Assembly: GCA_000165345.1 (NCBI GenBank)
Contig: CM000432.1
Coordinates: 672,001 to 736,000, forward strand
DNA length: 64,000 nt
Reading direction: 5' to 3'
Shown here: positions 15,001-30,000 of the stretch, in pieces
How positions within the stretch are numbered: the stretch's first letter is position 1
Layout of the letters: the number at the start of each line of letters is the position of its first letter
The notes under the pieces: model-generated
Databases searched by the model: none
Told to the model about the DNA's origin: nothing
The model's input: the letters and a program-made list of their open reading frames with translations, nothing else
Program-made: the position numbers and the translations under genes

Positions 15001-18000
15001 CAACAATTATTTTGAAAAAATTTAACTTTAAAAACGAATCTAACAGAGCAGTTTTAGGAATTTTGAAAGGTACAGCTGTTAATCAAGATGGTAGAACTGC
15101 ATCTCTTACTGCCCCAAGTAGTAAATCACAGTCTGACGTAATTTCTCATGCATTACTTAGATCAGAAGTTCAATTTAATGAAGTATCAATGATAGAGTCT
15201 CATGGTACCGGCACACAATTGGGTGATCCAATAGAAATAGATGCGATAAAAACGGTTTATCAACTATCATCAAAGAAATTAGTAATTGGAGCTCTAAAAA
15301 CAAATATTGGGCATTTAGAAGCTTCGGCAGGAATTGCAGGTTTAATTAAATTATTGTTATCATTAAGGAATGGAATTTCGCCACCTAATTTACACCTAAA
15401 AAATCTGAATAAATATATCAATGTTGATAACACTAATATTGTTTTTCCAAGTTCAAAAACTAGGCTTTCTATCTCAAGCGATGAATCTTTTATTGGAGGT
15501 GTTTCTTCATTTGGGTTCGGAGGAACGAACGCACATGCAATATTGGAAGTTAGTAGTGCAAATAAAATTCCAATGATAAATGATATGGCAATTGCAATAC
15601 TAAATGAAGAATTTGAAAATGAATACACAATGAATATTACTCATTTAACTCAACTCCGTGAGTTAATTGCTAATAACACAATTTTTGAATCTTATTTCAG
15701 ATATTGCACAATGATTATCCTACAGATTTTAAACATAAATTTTTACGAAATTATAATTGAAAATAATGAAAAGTTACTCAGAGCAGAAGAAATGTATATT
15801 TTATTATTTGCATTTTATTATTCGATATATCAAACTTTAAAATATTGCAAAATTGTTGTCGATACATTCATTTCTGATGAATTTGGTTCAATATTATTTG
15901 ATACTATTACAAACAAAATTAAATTACCAAATGCAATAGAACTTCTTAAAGAATATTGTAATAAGAAATTATATTCTATGAATTCAAATCTAAAAATTTA
16001 TTGTTTAAATGAAAAAGAGAATCATCCATTTAAACTAGAAGAGGTTAAATTTTTAAACGCTAGTGTTGTGATAATAAATCCATTCACATTTAATAATAAA
16101 CAAAAAAAACAATTGAGAAACATGTCAAAATTAATAATACATAATGAAAGCAATTATTTACAGTTCATTGAAAATGTGATAAATAACTTTGGAAAAATGA
16201 GTAAGGTTTCAAAAATCGAAAGATTTCCATTAAACAATTATATCCACCCACTTCTTGATTCAGATATTGATTCAAGTTATAATATAGAAATTTCAAAATT
16301 CTTCATAGAGAGATATTGTGATCCTTCTTATGAAAATGAAACTATTCATCAGGGATCTATTATTATCATTTCTTTATTATTTGAATCTTTAATATCCATT
16401 TTAAACAAAAAACATAACCTTTCTTTGGAATTTAAAATTGAATCTATTGAAGGAATATACGAGACTGCAAATAGAGTGAGAAAATTTGACAAATATTCAA
16501 AATTGAAACTAATGAAGAATAAAGATCATTTTATTTTATGTGCTTTCAATGGACTTCCACTCTCATCACTCTCAATAAAAGAGAGTCTTGAGAGAAAACC
16601 ACAAGTTTACATTCCAGAAATAGAATCTCCCAAATATAATGAATTTAAAAAAACAAAAATTCCCAAAAATATATTAAAGTTGATTAGTTCCATCGAAGTT
16701 CACGAATCTTCGATATACATTAAACTTAAACTTCCTTTCTTTAATTTATCGGTTGAGTCCATTTTTTGTATTCACCCAGCCATATTTACCTTGATGATAT
16801 ACTCATCTATGGAAATCTTAAGTAAAAAGATAGATCCATTAAAAATAACAATTGAGAAACTCTCAAACATTATTATCTCTGATGTTTTTGATATCGAGAA
16901 AATATGCTGTAATTCAAGATATACATTAGAATTAGTATGTAAGATTAATGAAGGAAAAAATATTAATATAAACTTATGGGTAGCAGACGATTATGGGATT
17001 CAACCAACAGAATTATTCTTACAATGTGATGTTATTTTTACCGAAAATAAAGTTAATATAATTAATTCATCAACTGGATTAGTTTGGAATACTATTTGGA
17101 AAGAAATCAAATATAATTTGATTTCTGAACAAAAACAAGGAAATAAATTAATAATTAACTTTAACAAAAATACTATTATTTCAAGGAAGGATTTAATGGT
17201 TAACGACATATTCATGAATTATTCACAATTTTTAGAAGATAATTTTGACTTAAAAGACATAAATAATATAATTGTTGATATGTGTATTCCAATTCCAAAT
17301 AATTGTCAAATGAAAGAAATAGACCAAAGTTATTTTGTAATATCAGAAAATTGGGAAATAGATTTTATTCAAACATTTAAAAAAATAATAAATAAAAACA
17401 ACAGAAATGAATCGATAAATATTTTCATTTTAGTCAATAATACTGTTAAAACTGTAGAAAATGATCAAATTAATATGAATATGACCTGGGTATGGGGGTT
17501 TATGAGATCTTTGAGAATGGAATTAAGTTCTAAAGTAAAAATTTTACTGATTGATATTGACATTAATCAACTTGAAGAGAAAAGTTGCCTAAATACTGAA
17601 CAATCGATCCAAGTAACTAATATTGTATCAAATGTTAAAAGTTTGGATGAAGATGGGGAATATGAATTTGTAATTAGAGAAAATAAAATATTTGTTCCTA
17701 GATTGAAACAGTATGAATTTGGAAATCATATTAGGGAGAAATCTCAGACTGATCTAGAAATTTGTAACATTATTACCGGTGGTCTAGGAGGAATTGGATT
17801 GGCTATTGCAGAGTGGTTAATAGAAGTTGTTGGAATGAAAAATATATTATTATTAAGTAGAAATCCACATATGTCAACAAAAAAATCTAAAAAATGGAAA
17901 CAATTAACAGAAAAAACCAAAGAAAATATATTGATTGAAAAGTGTGATATATCAAATAGTGCAGAAATTGTAACTATAATTGAAAAATACAGTAAAATAT

Positions 18001-21000
18001 ATAAAAAAATTGGCGTAATGCATATTGCTGGCTCTCTAATTGATTCGAATATTCATAATCTTACCGATAATATTGTTTCTGATGTTAACTTGCCTAAAAT
18101 TAGAGGAATTATTAATTTACATAATGCAACTTTAAACAAAAATTGCGAATATTTTATTGCATTTTCCTCCATAACTTCACTTATTGGAAATATTGGTCAA
18201 TCTGCATATGCTGCTGCAAACTCAGTATTAGATTCTATTATTGAATTTAGAAGGAAACTAGGTATGCCAGGAAATAGCTTACAATGGGGTGCTTGGGCTG
18301 AACAAGGAATGGCAGCAGAGAATGAATTACTGCAAAAAAATTTGGTTAATGTCGGTCTTTCATTAATAAATAATAATATAGCATTTGAAATTATTAAATA
18401 TATTATCTCTGATTCAAACAAATTCCCGTCAGTTTTAGCGATTCAACCTGCAAATTGGGATAAATTTATAGATAAAATTGGAATTAGGTATGGAATTCTC
18501 AAAGAAATAACATCAAACAAAATAAATCATGATAGAATTACTATTCTCAATTCAATATCTGCTGAGAACAGAATAGATTTTATTTCAAATAAAATTATTT
18601 CAATTTGTAGTGAAGTTCTTGGAATTGAAAATGATCTGAACTCTGAACAGTCTTTGATGGACTTTGGAATTGATTCTATTATGGCAGTTGAAATTAGAAA
18701 TTCTCTTTGCGATAATTTTGGAATTTCCCTTTCACACACTATATTATTTGATTATCCCACAATTTCAAGCCTTTCAACATATATTAATCAGAAATTCATG
18801 TCAAACTGTAAAATAGAAAAAAGTCAAGAGCAAATGAATTTAAAGGAAAATTTGTTTGATTACAATGTCGCCGTAATAGGTGCAGCTTGTCGTTTACCAA
18901 AAAATATTACTAATTTAAGTGGACTTTGGGAACTGTTAATGGAGTCTAATTGTAGTGTAGGAAAAATACCTTATAATAGGTGGGATAGTGGCTTATTTTT
19001 CTCTGAAAATATTAATTCTGGAAAAATGTATACTGAGTCTGCAAGTTTTATTGATGGAATCGAATTTTTCGATAATTCAGAATTTAAAATATCTTCAAGT
19101 GAAGTCTATTATATTGATCCTCAACAAAGAATAATTATGGAAACTGCATTATTGGCTATAAAAAGCTCCAATGTTAAATTAGAAACACTAGTAAATTCCT
19201 TAACAGGTGTTTTTATTGGTTGTTCTTCTAGTGATTGGACAATCTTGACCAATACAGCATCAGTTCCTCCTGGGCCTTACACAGGTACTGGAATTTCCTC
19301 ATCAATATTATCAAACAGAATTTCTTATATATTTGGATTCCAAGGACCTTCTTTTACAATTGATTCTGCTTGTTCGTCTTCTCTTGTGGCCTTAGATTCT
19401 GCATTTGAAAAATTTAAAAACAATAATATTCAATTTGCTATAGTAGGAGGAGTAAATCTTCTTCTTTCTCCTCAACCATTTTTGGCGTGTTGCGCTGCAA
19501 ATATGCTTTCTTTTGATGGTATTTGCAGAAGTTTTGATGAAAAAGCAAATGGATATGGAAGAGGAGAAGGATCTATTTCACTATTGTTAACATACCTATC
19601 TAAAGCAAAAGAAAATAATGAAAAAATACTTGGTATAATTAAATCCACATCTGTTAATCAAGATGGAAAAAGTGCTACTATTACTGCTCCTAATGGCCCC
19701 TCACAGCAATTTGTGATAAAACATGCAATCGAAAAAGCTAATTTATCTCCTTCAAATATAACTTATATTGAAACTCACGGAACTGGAACCAAACTAGGTG
19801 ATCCAATTGAGTATAATGCTATAAAATCTGTGTTTAATTTGGAAGATAATACATTCGATAATAATGTTTGTTTATTGAGATATTCTCCACTATATTTAGG
19901 TGCAATAAAAGCTAATATTGGACATTTGGAAGGTGCTGCTGGAATTGCAGGTTTAATCAAATTAATTTTAGTTCTGAATTACAAGGTTGCTGTTCCAATC
20001 CCAAATCTTAGAAAAGTTAATCCATTAATCGAGTTAAATAATTTTAATGCAATATTTCCCATGGATAAAAAACCAGTAAACATTAAGAATGACTCTAACA
20101 TTATTTATGGAGGGATTTCATCCTTTGGATTTGGAGGAACAAATGCTCATGTCATAATTGAGTGCAATTCAGATAATATAACGGAAAACAGTATTTTGTT
20201 CCGTTCAGAAAATTTCTCTTTAAGAAGAAAAAACTATGCTTGGTCAGATACTAAACATCCTTTAATCGACGAAAAAATATTGGAAAATATCGGTAATAAG
20301 AACTCAGAACTAAATGGAATTAAATTATTTAGAAATATTAATCATAAAATATTTAGTTCAGTAAAATTTGCACTTAAAGTCAATAATGATATAATAAACA
20401 TGCTTTCTGATCACGTAATTGATAACAAAATAATATGGCCTGCTGCTGCATTTATTGAAATGATTTTAGGAGTTGCAAGAAATATATATATTTGTAACAA
20501 TGAACAAATTTCATTTTCAAAAAGAATTTTAAAAACTAACATAAGAAATTTATTATTTGAACAACCATTAATATTAGAAAAAAATGAAGAAAATATATTA
20601 GTTTGTGATTTTGATTTGAGACTTAAAAGAATAAAAATATATTCTGAGTTAACATATGAAAGCAATAATGAGTTGATTTATGTATCATCTGAGATTGGAA
20701 ACACGGATAAAATAGAAATGATAAATGAAGGGTGTTTAATAAATGATCTAGAGATTTCAAAAGAAAAGGAACTAGATATTTCATTAATTTATAATAGATT
20801 AATGGAATTGGGAATTCAATACGGCAAAAAGTTCAAGACAATAAAGAAAGCATGGAAACTAAAATCAGAAAATGAAGCTTTAACAAAAATACAACTTAAT
20901 AGTGACGAATATATCATTAAATCAGATGATTTAAGTGCCCAAGAACCTTTTCTTTCTTTAACAGAGTTAGGGTTTGGAATTCATCCAGCTTTGCTAGATG

Positions 21001-24000
21001 GAGCATTACAATCATCCTTTATTTGCATTAGCGAAATAAAAAACGATTTGGAAAAAATTATTTGGGTTCCATTCTCGATATCTGAAATAGAATATTATAA
21101 TAATCAAGAACCAATATTAGAAGCATGGGTACATTGCAAAGTTTCACCCACAAATAACAAAAATGAAGTTATCTCAGATATAAAAATCTATTCAGTGAAT
21201 AAAGATCTGCTATTTAATATCAAAAATATTAGGTATAGAAGTACAATTGATATAAGTAATAAAATTATTAAAGATTCAAAAGAAAATAATCCAGAAAATA
21301 TCAAAAATTGTTGGGGATTAACTTGGAAAAAATCGAATAACATTTTAGATAAAATTGAAAAGAAAAGATGGATGATATATTTGGGTGATGAAATTGAAAA
21401 AAAGAGCAGCTTAAATAATTTATTTAAATATTATTGGAACAAAAATGACATTTTAGAAGAGTTATCTGATTTTTCTGGTGAAATCAACATTGCATTCGTA
21501 ATAAATTCTGGAATCAATAATAAATTACATAATCATGGCATTGAAATAGTAAATTGGCTTAAACATCTATTTGATATTAACTCTAAAGTTTCTCGCTCTT
21601 CTGTTATTTTATTTATAACAGAAAACACAATCCCTCATAATAATAATAATCATAAATTTATTGGATCAGATATTTGGGGTCTTGTGAGATCGGCTAGGTA
21701 TGAACTTGATAAATATTCTCTTAGATTGCTTGATTTAGACTGCTTTACAAAAGATTTAAGTGAAGATAATTTATCAAAAATATTTTCATGTATTTTAAGT
21801 TCCAACGAATCAGAATTCATTTTTAGAAACGGAGAGCTGCTATTTCCCCGTTTATCAAAAATTTCAATCCCAATAAACGGACCTTTAAATATTAGATTGG
21901 CTGAAAGAGGTGCATTAACAAATTTATTAACAGAGATGCAAACAAATATTCCATATATAAATTCAGATAAAAAATTGGATCTAATCGACTGCTTTGATAA
22001 ATTGGAGAATTATTCTGAAATGAAAAATGAGCCTATTTTAAAAGATAACGAGGTATTACTGAGAATATGTTCTGTAGGATTAAATTTCAGGGATGTATTG
22101 AATGTTATGGGCTTATATCCAGGTGACCCTGGCCCTCCTTGTTCTGACTGCTCAGGAATAGTAGTTTCTGTAGGTAAAGGCGTGAAGCATCTAAAATGTG
22201 GTGATGAGGTATACGCAATGGTCCCTGGGTGCTTAAATACATTCATAGTTGCAATTGGAGATACTTGTTGCTTGATGCCAAAAAATTGTGACTTTTCTTT
22301 ATCTTCATCAATACCAACAATTTATTCTACTGTTGATATTTGTTTGAGAAAAATTTATAATATTAAGAAAGGAGATCGCGTATTAATTCATGCAGCTTCA
22401 GGAGGAGTTGGATTGGTCGCAGTAAATTACTGTAATTCTATTGGTGCTAAGGTATTTGCAACCGTTGGGAATAGTAAAAAGGAGAAATATTTGAGACACC
22501 TGGGAGTAAAGAATATTTCGACCAGTAGAAATTCTGAATTGTTCAAATTAGAAATGGAATGCTTATTAAAAGGAGAAAAGCTAGATGTGGTGATAAATTG
22601 TCTATCTGGGAAATATATTGAATATAGCTTGGAGTTACTTTCAAACAATGGTATCTTTATTGAACTAGGGAAGATAAACATTTTATCAAAGAAAGATGTA
22701 TCCTTAATAAAACCTGGAATTAGGTACGAAATTGTAGCTCTTGACGACTTAATATTAAATGATCCCTCATGGTTTGGAACTGTCTTAGTTGATATTAAAA
22801 CAAGAATTGAAGAATGTAAAGAATCTGTTATACCCTTAATAGAATTCTCAATGGAGAACCATAAAGATTCAAATGATCTAATCGAAAAATCTGGATGTAT
22901 TTCTGGATTTAGATTTATGCAGAAGGCAAATCATATAGGTAAAGTAGTAATAAAAAACCCAACTCTTGATAATTCTTTATCTAGAAAAAATGGAGCCGTA
23001 ATAGTTATAGGAGGAAATGGATCTCTAGGGAAATTTACAACGAAATGGCTTTATTTTAATGGATTAAAAAATATAATTTTGTTATCTAGGAGTTCAAATA
23101 ATTATGCTTCAAATCTACCTGGTGTTAAACAAATTAGCTGTGATATTTCAAATATTAATTCTACTATTTCAGCGATAAATACTGTACTTGAAAATCCAGA
23201 AAGTAAACCAATTGTAGGTATAATTCATGCTGCAGGAGTATTAGACGATAGGAAATTATTTGAACATTCAAAAGAGTCATTTAAATGCGTATATAGTCCT
23301 AAAGTTCAAGGCTTATGGAATATTCATCAAATAACTCAATATCTCTATATTGAATTGGAATTTTTAATCGCCTACTCTTCAATTGCGAGTCTATTAGGTA
23401 ATATTGGACAAGCAAATTATTCTGCGGCAAACTCTTTCATAGACTCTTTTATGAGCTATAGATCAAGTCTTGGAATCAATAGTTTTAGCATTCAGTGGGG
23501 TCCTTGGCTAGGAGAAGGAATGGCATCAAACAATTTAAGTTTGAAATTTGAGTCTACAGGATTAATTGGAGTAGATAAATTAACTGCGATGCAAGCGTTA
23601 AATACGATTATAAAATCAAAAAAAAAATCAATTCCAAATGTGATTTGTGTAGTAGATGCTGATTGGGGAAAATTAGTTTCTAATATTCCTCCCAAAACTT
23701 CTAATATCTTTACAGATATAATTAATAAAAAAATCATAGAAAAAGATTACAATAAGTCGAAAATTATGGAATTATTGGAAAAAAAGAGTTCGGTCGAAAT
23801 GGAAGATTATATAATTAATTTACTAAGGGATATTATTAAAACAGTTGTCACTGACGATAAAATAGATATTAATGATTCCAAATTACTAGAAAAACCACTT
23901 CACGAGTTTGGGATAGATTCACTTTCTGCTGTTGAGTTCAGAAATATTTTATCTAAACATACTGGAATATTACTTCCGACTACATTGATGTTCGATTATC

Positions 24001-27000
24001 CAACGATAATAAACATAAAAGATTATATTCTGAGTGAAATGGAGGACATTAGACTTGGAGACAAATCATGCGATCCTTTAGTTACTGATATTAAGAAAGA
24101 TCGAATATTAGATATTGCTATTATTGGCTTGTCTTGCAAATTACCTGGATCAACTGAAGATATTGAATCATTTTGGGAGATATTAACTGGTGGTATTAAT
24201 TGTGTTTCTAATGTACCTGTAGTTAGATGGGATCATAAAAAATATTTTAGTTTAAATCTAGAAAATTTTGGTCCATATTATTATGCAAATTATGGCTCAT
24301 TCATTGACAATATTGATATATTTGATGCACATTATTTTGGAATTTCCCCTTCAGAAGCAACAATTATTGACCCTCAACAAAGACTTTCCCTTATGCTTGC
24401 AGTACAATCAATTGAGGATGCAAAATTAAACTTGTCAAAATTGAAAGGAACAAAAACTGGTGTCTATGTTGGATGTGGAAATAGTGATTGGGCATTAATG
24501 CAAGGAAATCAAATATCTGAATCAGAATATATTTCACCTTATACTGGTACTAGTGTTGCGCTTTCACTTATTTCTAATAGGATTTCTTATAATTTAGGCC
24601 TGAATGGACCTTCTATGACAGTTGATACTGCATGTTCATCATCTCTTGTTGCACTGGACATAGCTGTACAAAATCTTAGATGGAAAAAATCTGATATTTC
24701 CATTGTAATTGGAGTAAATTTATTAATTTCTCCCCAAGCATATATTGTATTTTCCAAGTCAAAGATGCTATCTATAACGGGAAGTTGTAAAACTTTTGAC
24801 AAAGATGCTGATGGATATGTAAGAGGGGAAGGATGTTGTTCAATGGTACTTTGTAGATTTGATGAAAGAGAAAATGTAGATTTTGATAAAAAAACTTTAA
24901 AAGCTGAACAGAATATTATTATCTATGGTTTTATTAAAGGTTCAGCAGTAAATCAAGATGGAAGAAGTGCTTCTTTAACAGCTCCAAATGGTCCTGCGCA
25001 ACAGAAAGTAATAAAATCTGCTATTGAAGATTCGTACATAAAGTTAGATGAAATTTCAATTATTGAAGCCCATGGAACAGGAACACAGTTAGGGGACCCT
25101 ATTGAGTTTGGAGCAATAAAAAATGTTTTCAATTCCAGAAATAGGGGTCCAATTTATATTACAGCGTTGAAAACAAATATTGGACATTTAGAGGGAGCAT
25201 CAGGAATCGCAGGAGTTATAAAGATGATATTGATGCTTAATCATTCAATCGTTCCAAAAAACCTTCATTTTAAAACATTAAACCCATTGATTGACAATTC
25301 TAATTTTAATGCAATAATCCCAGATAGAAAATTAAAAGTTTCAGCTAACATAGGGGGAGTTTCATCGTTTGGATTTGGTGGAACAAATGCTCACGTAATA
25401 ATTGAAAAAAATATCTCAAAAATTCCTCTTGAAAATCAAAACTATTCAATAATCGAAAATACTAATAAGGAAGTTTCAAATAAGATAGCATTTATATTTA
25501 CTGGCCAAGGAAGCCAGTTCGAGAATATGGGTCAAGAGCTTTTTGAAAATGAACCTATATTTAGAAAATCAATGTTAGAATGCGCAAAGCATGCCAATGA
25601 ATATTTACCAGAATCTTTAATTGAAATTTTATACCCAGAAATTTCAACACCAAGGACTAAAGCTGGATCGAAAGATGCTGGTTTTTATGATATTAATGAT
25701 ATTTTGTATTCTCAGGTTGCAATTTTTTCAGTAGAGTATTCTCTTACAAAGTTATTAGAGAGCAAAGGAATAATTCCAGATTTAGTAATTGGGCATTCCT
25801 TAGGCGAATACTGCGCTGCAGTTATTGTAGGTGCAATTGAACTAAACCAAGCATTAAAAATGATAATAAATAGATCAAAAATATTGGAGAAATCAAATAT
25901 TAGTGATGGAGGAATGCTTGCATTGAGAAAATCTGCGAGTAGTATTGCAGAAATCCTTAAAGAGTTTGATGAAAATAATGTATCATTGGCTGCAGTTAAT
26001 GGGCCAAATAGTGTTGTGATTTCCGGAAGAAAATATATATTAAAGTCAATATTAGAAAGATTAGGTGGTAGTGGAAAGTTTCTTAATATAGATAATGCAT
26101 TCCATTCATCCCTAATGCAAGATGCATCAAATAAATACAAAGATTTCATTGAAGAAGAAATAGTTTTTTGTAATGAAAATAAAAAGAAAATAAAGTTTAT
26201 TTCTACATTGAAAGGAAGACTTATAAATTATTCTGAATTGATGAGTTCTGATTATTGGTCTAACCACATAGTTTGTCCTGTATTGTTTTATGACGCAATA
26301 AATCATGCACTAAACAAGTTTGATTGTACAATATTGTTGGAGATCGGACCTCAACCAATTCTTACAAAATTATCAATACAATGTATTCCAAGGGAACTTA
26401 AAACAAAAATTAAGAGCTTTTGCGCAATGCTTGGAAAGCCTTCAACAGAAATTGAGCATTTTAAATTAGTTACACATCAAATTAATCAAATATTTTCCCC
26501 GTACATGAATACCATTAGAGGAAACTCAGAAGTAAGCAATAAAAATATTTTCAATAATTTAAGACGTTTTCCATGGATAAACATCAATTCACATCCTTTA
26601 GTTAAATTGGAGACTGATAGAAAAATTTTGTTAAAAAATTTAAACAAAATGTTTGATATCTCAAAAGAAGGGGCGATAATTGAGTTAGTTAATGGAGGAA
26701 TTAGGGAAATTTTTAAGAATGAAATATTTAACTCTATGAAAATGGGTAGATATTATCAATGCGAAATTGTTTTAGAGAACCTGTCTTTTAATATAATAGA
26801 AGGTAATCAAGAAGGTTGGTTAGAAGTCGAGAAGAAAGATATTAATGGTTTTACAATAAATATTTGTTCACAAAATAATTTGACTTATACTTTATATGCG
26901 AAAATAATATTTAGGGAAGATGCAGAAATAGAGCTCCAAGAAATAAACATTGAAAATTCGGTTATTTCCATTGAGAAGTTCATTTCTATTGGTTTGAAAG

Positions 27001-30000
27001 AAAATATATTATTTCAGAAAATCATGAATTCGATACAAGAGTTAACTATTAAATTAGAATCCAAAATATCTTTCGCAAAAAATACTCAAAAAAACTCTAT
27101 CTGTTTAATTCTCACTACGGACGACTATTTTAAGTCACTATCAAAATCATTTAGTGGTTTTAGCATACATCCATTCTTATTACAATTATTGTTTGATTTT
27201 ATTAAACTTTACAATATTGAGGAAATAATTAAAGGAAACAGCGAAATTAATTTTTATGAAACAATTATCAGAGAATTGTTAGATTCTTCTATTTCTCAGA
27301 AGTATCTAGTTTTTGAAGTTAACAATAATTCTGCAATAATTAAGGATAAATTTGGAAAAATATTGTTCAAAACTAGTTATTCTTTAGTTTATCTAAATTC
27401 CAAGAACACTGGAAGTGTTGAATACGAAATAGAACAGTTTTCAAATTTAAATAATTTAGATAATTTATTTTGGAATACAGAAAATCAAAAAATATTCGAG
27501 GTTGAAATGGGTATAGACGAAATTGAAGAGGACGAATATAAATGTAAAAGAATATTAATTATAGGATCTAACGATTTGGAAGATAATCTTGAAACCAAAG
27601 AAGAGACTTACTACAATGTTAGATCAGAATTTGAATTAATTAAAAATATTAAATTAAAAAATTGGGAAAAAATTATTTTTGTTATTGATAATTTCAATGT
27701 AAGCGAAATTGAGTTAATGCATTATGCAGTTATTACATGCAAAGAATGCGAATCTGATTCTAATGTGTGGTTTATTAAAATTAATCAATCGAACGACAAT
27801 TCCCTGGAGTCATATAATAAAGGAAGAGGTATTTTGGGTTTATGTAAAACTGCAAGGATTGAGTTAAGAAAGATGATTAATTACATTTCAATAGAGAAAT
27901 TTGAAGACTTGAATACTAATGCTAAATTAATTTGCAATTTAGTTAGTCTTTTATCAAAAAATAAATCAATTCCCGAGGATATTTTTGTAAATCTATATCG
28001 AAAAAAAATTCAAGTTTATACAAAAATCATAAAAGCCCAGTATTCAATTCAAATGAAAAACAATGAATTAAATAGGGATAACGAATTAATCAATGGTATT
28101 GTATTAATTAGTGGAGGTACTGGCGCGCTTGGACTTATCATTGCAGAATGGTTAATTAAATGCAAAAATATAAGAAATATTATATTACTTTCTAGGTCGG
28201 GGTTACCTTCCAAACGGTGTGAATCGATATGGGAGAGGATATTAATTTTAGATTCTAATATTCGAATTATAAAGTGCGACGTTGCAAATTATGATTCAGT
28301 GTTTTCAACATTAAAATATATCATCTCTCAAGCGATGGAATCGAACTCTAAAATTGTTGGATTAATCCATGCATCTGGGGTTTTGAATGATTCATTAATA
28401 AAAAATCATTCAATAGAGAATTTGGAGAATGTTTTTAGACCTAAAGTTTTTGGAGCAATTAATTTACATTATGCAATAAAGAACATGCTTCCATACAAGC
28501 TAAGGTTCTTTATTGGTTTTTCTTCTATTTCTTCATTATTTGGTAGTTTTGGGCAATATAGCTATTCTTCAGCAAATTCATACCTTGATTCATTGATTAA
28601 TTATCGAAGAAAGTTCAAGGAATCTAGTATTTTAGATCTAAGCATACAATGGGGACCATGGGCAGAACAAGGAATGGCAGCAGATTTATTTCAACATCAT
28701 TCATCATCAGGTATAAAACCAATTTATAATTCAGAAGGCTTAAAATGTTTGTCATCGATCTTTGATATAATTGAAGGTAGAATCGAAGATATCATCCTAC
28801 CCTCTGAAATCGCAATAGCAAATATTAATTGGAGCGAGTTCTTAACTATTTTTGAAGGCAACCCACCAATCATTTTTAGTGAAATTAGTAGCAAATTTTT
28901 AAACAATGGATCAAAACTTGAGAGCGGTTCAAAAATTAAGGATAAATTTGAAGGAATTACTGACATTCGAAGGCATATAGAGGAAGTTTTATTAATTATT
29001 GCATATGAAATATTTGGAATGGAGAAAAATAACTGTGATTTAACAGAAGTTGATTCTTTAATGGCAGTTGAGTTTAGAAATTCTATATCTAAAAATTTTG
29101 GAATAAAATTGCCAATATCTTTAATGCTTGATAATCCAACTTTAGATGAAGTCATTTCATATTTAGAAGGAGAGGTTAGGAAGGAGTTGTTTGGATCAAG
29201 TACAGAAGAATTGGTTTCTTCTAAGTCTAGGAGATGGGAAGAAATCAGACAAGATATTAATTTAGATGGAAAGATTTCTTTGTTATCAAATCCTTCCGAT
29301 GCAGTTCGTGGCTTTAGATTACCATCTGGAGAGAAAAACAAATTGCGTGAAGTATTTTTAACAGGAGGAACTGGGTTTATGGGCACCTGCATGATTGAAA
29401 ATCTTGTAAAATTGAACAGTGATATTAAGATTTGGTGTTTGGTGAGATGTTCTGACAAAAAAAATGGTAAAGAAAAGTTATTGGACGCACTTTATAAATA
29501 TTCAATTCAGAATGCAGATTTAATTTTAAAAAATAACATCAAAATTGTTGTTGGAGACACTTCAATCCCATATTTTGGTATAAATAAAACTGAATATAAA
29601 GAGATAGTAAATTCAATAGATTCCATTATTCATATTGGTGCTGTGGTAAACTTCACATCTTCTTATTCAAATATTAAAAATGTGAATGTATTAAGCATTG
29701 TAGAGTTGCTAAATCTCTCTTCTGCTCCCAACCATTGTAGCAAAAATTGTACTGAAAAAGGAAAATGTAATTCTTGCATTATTCCAATACATCATGTATC
29801 AACTTTGGGAGTTTTTTATGATCATATTGAAAATCCTCCAGTAGAACCGTATTTATCTGGCTTGGAAAATACTGAATTTATGGAAAGAACTTACTTTTTG
29901 GATGATGGAAGAAGAATATTTTACGAAGATGACCCAGTGATTACAAATGACGATGAAGGAACTCATCACAAATCACTATTATTGGGTTATTCACAATCTA

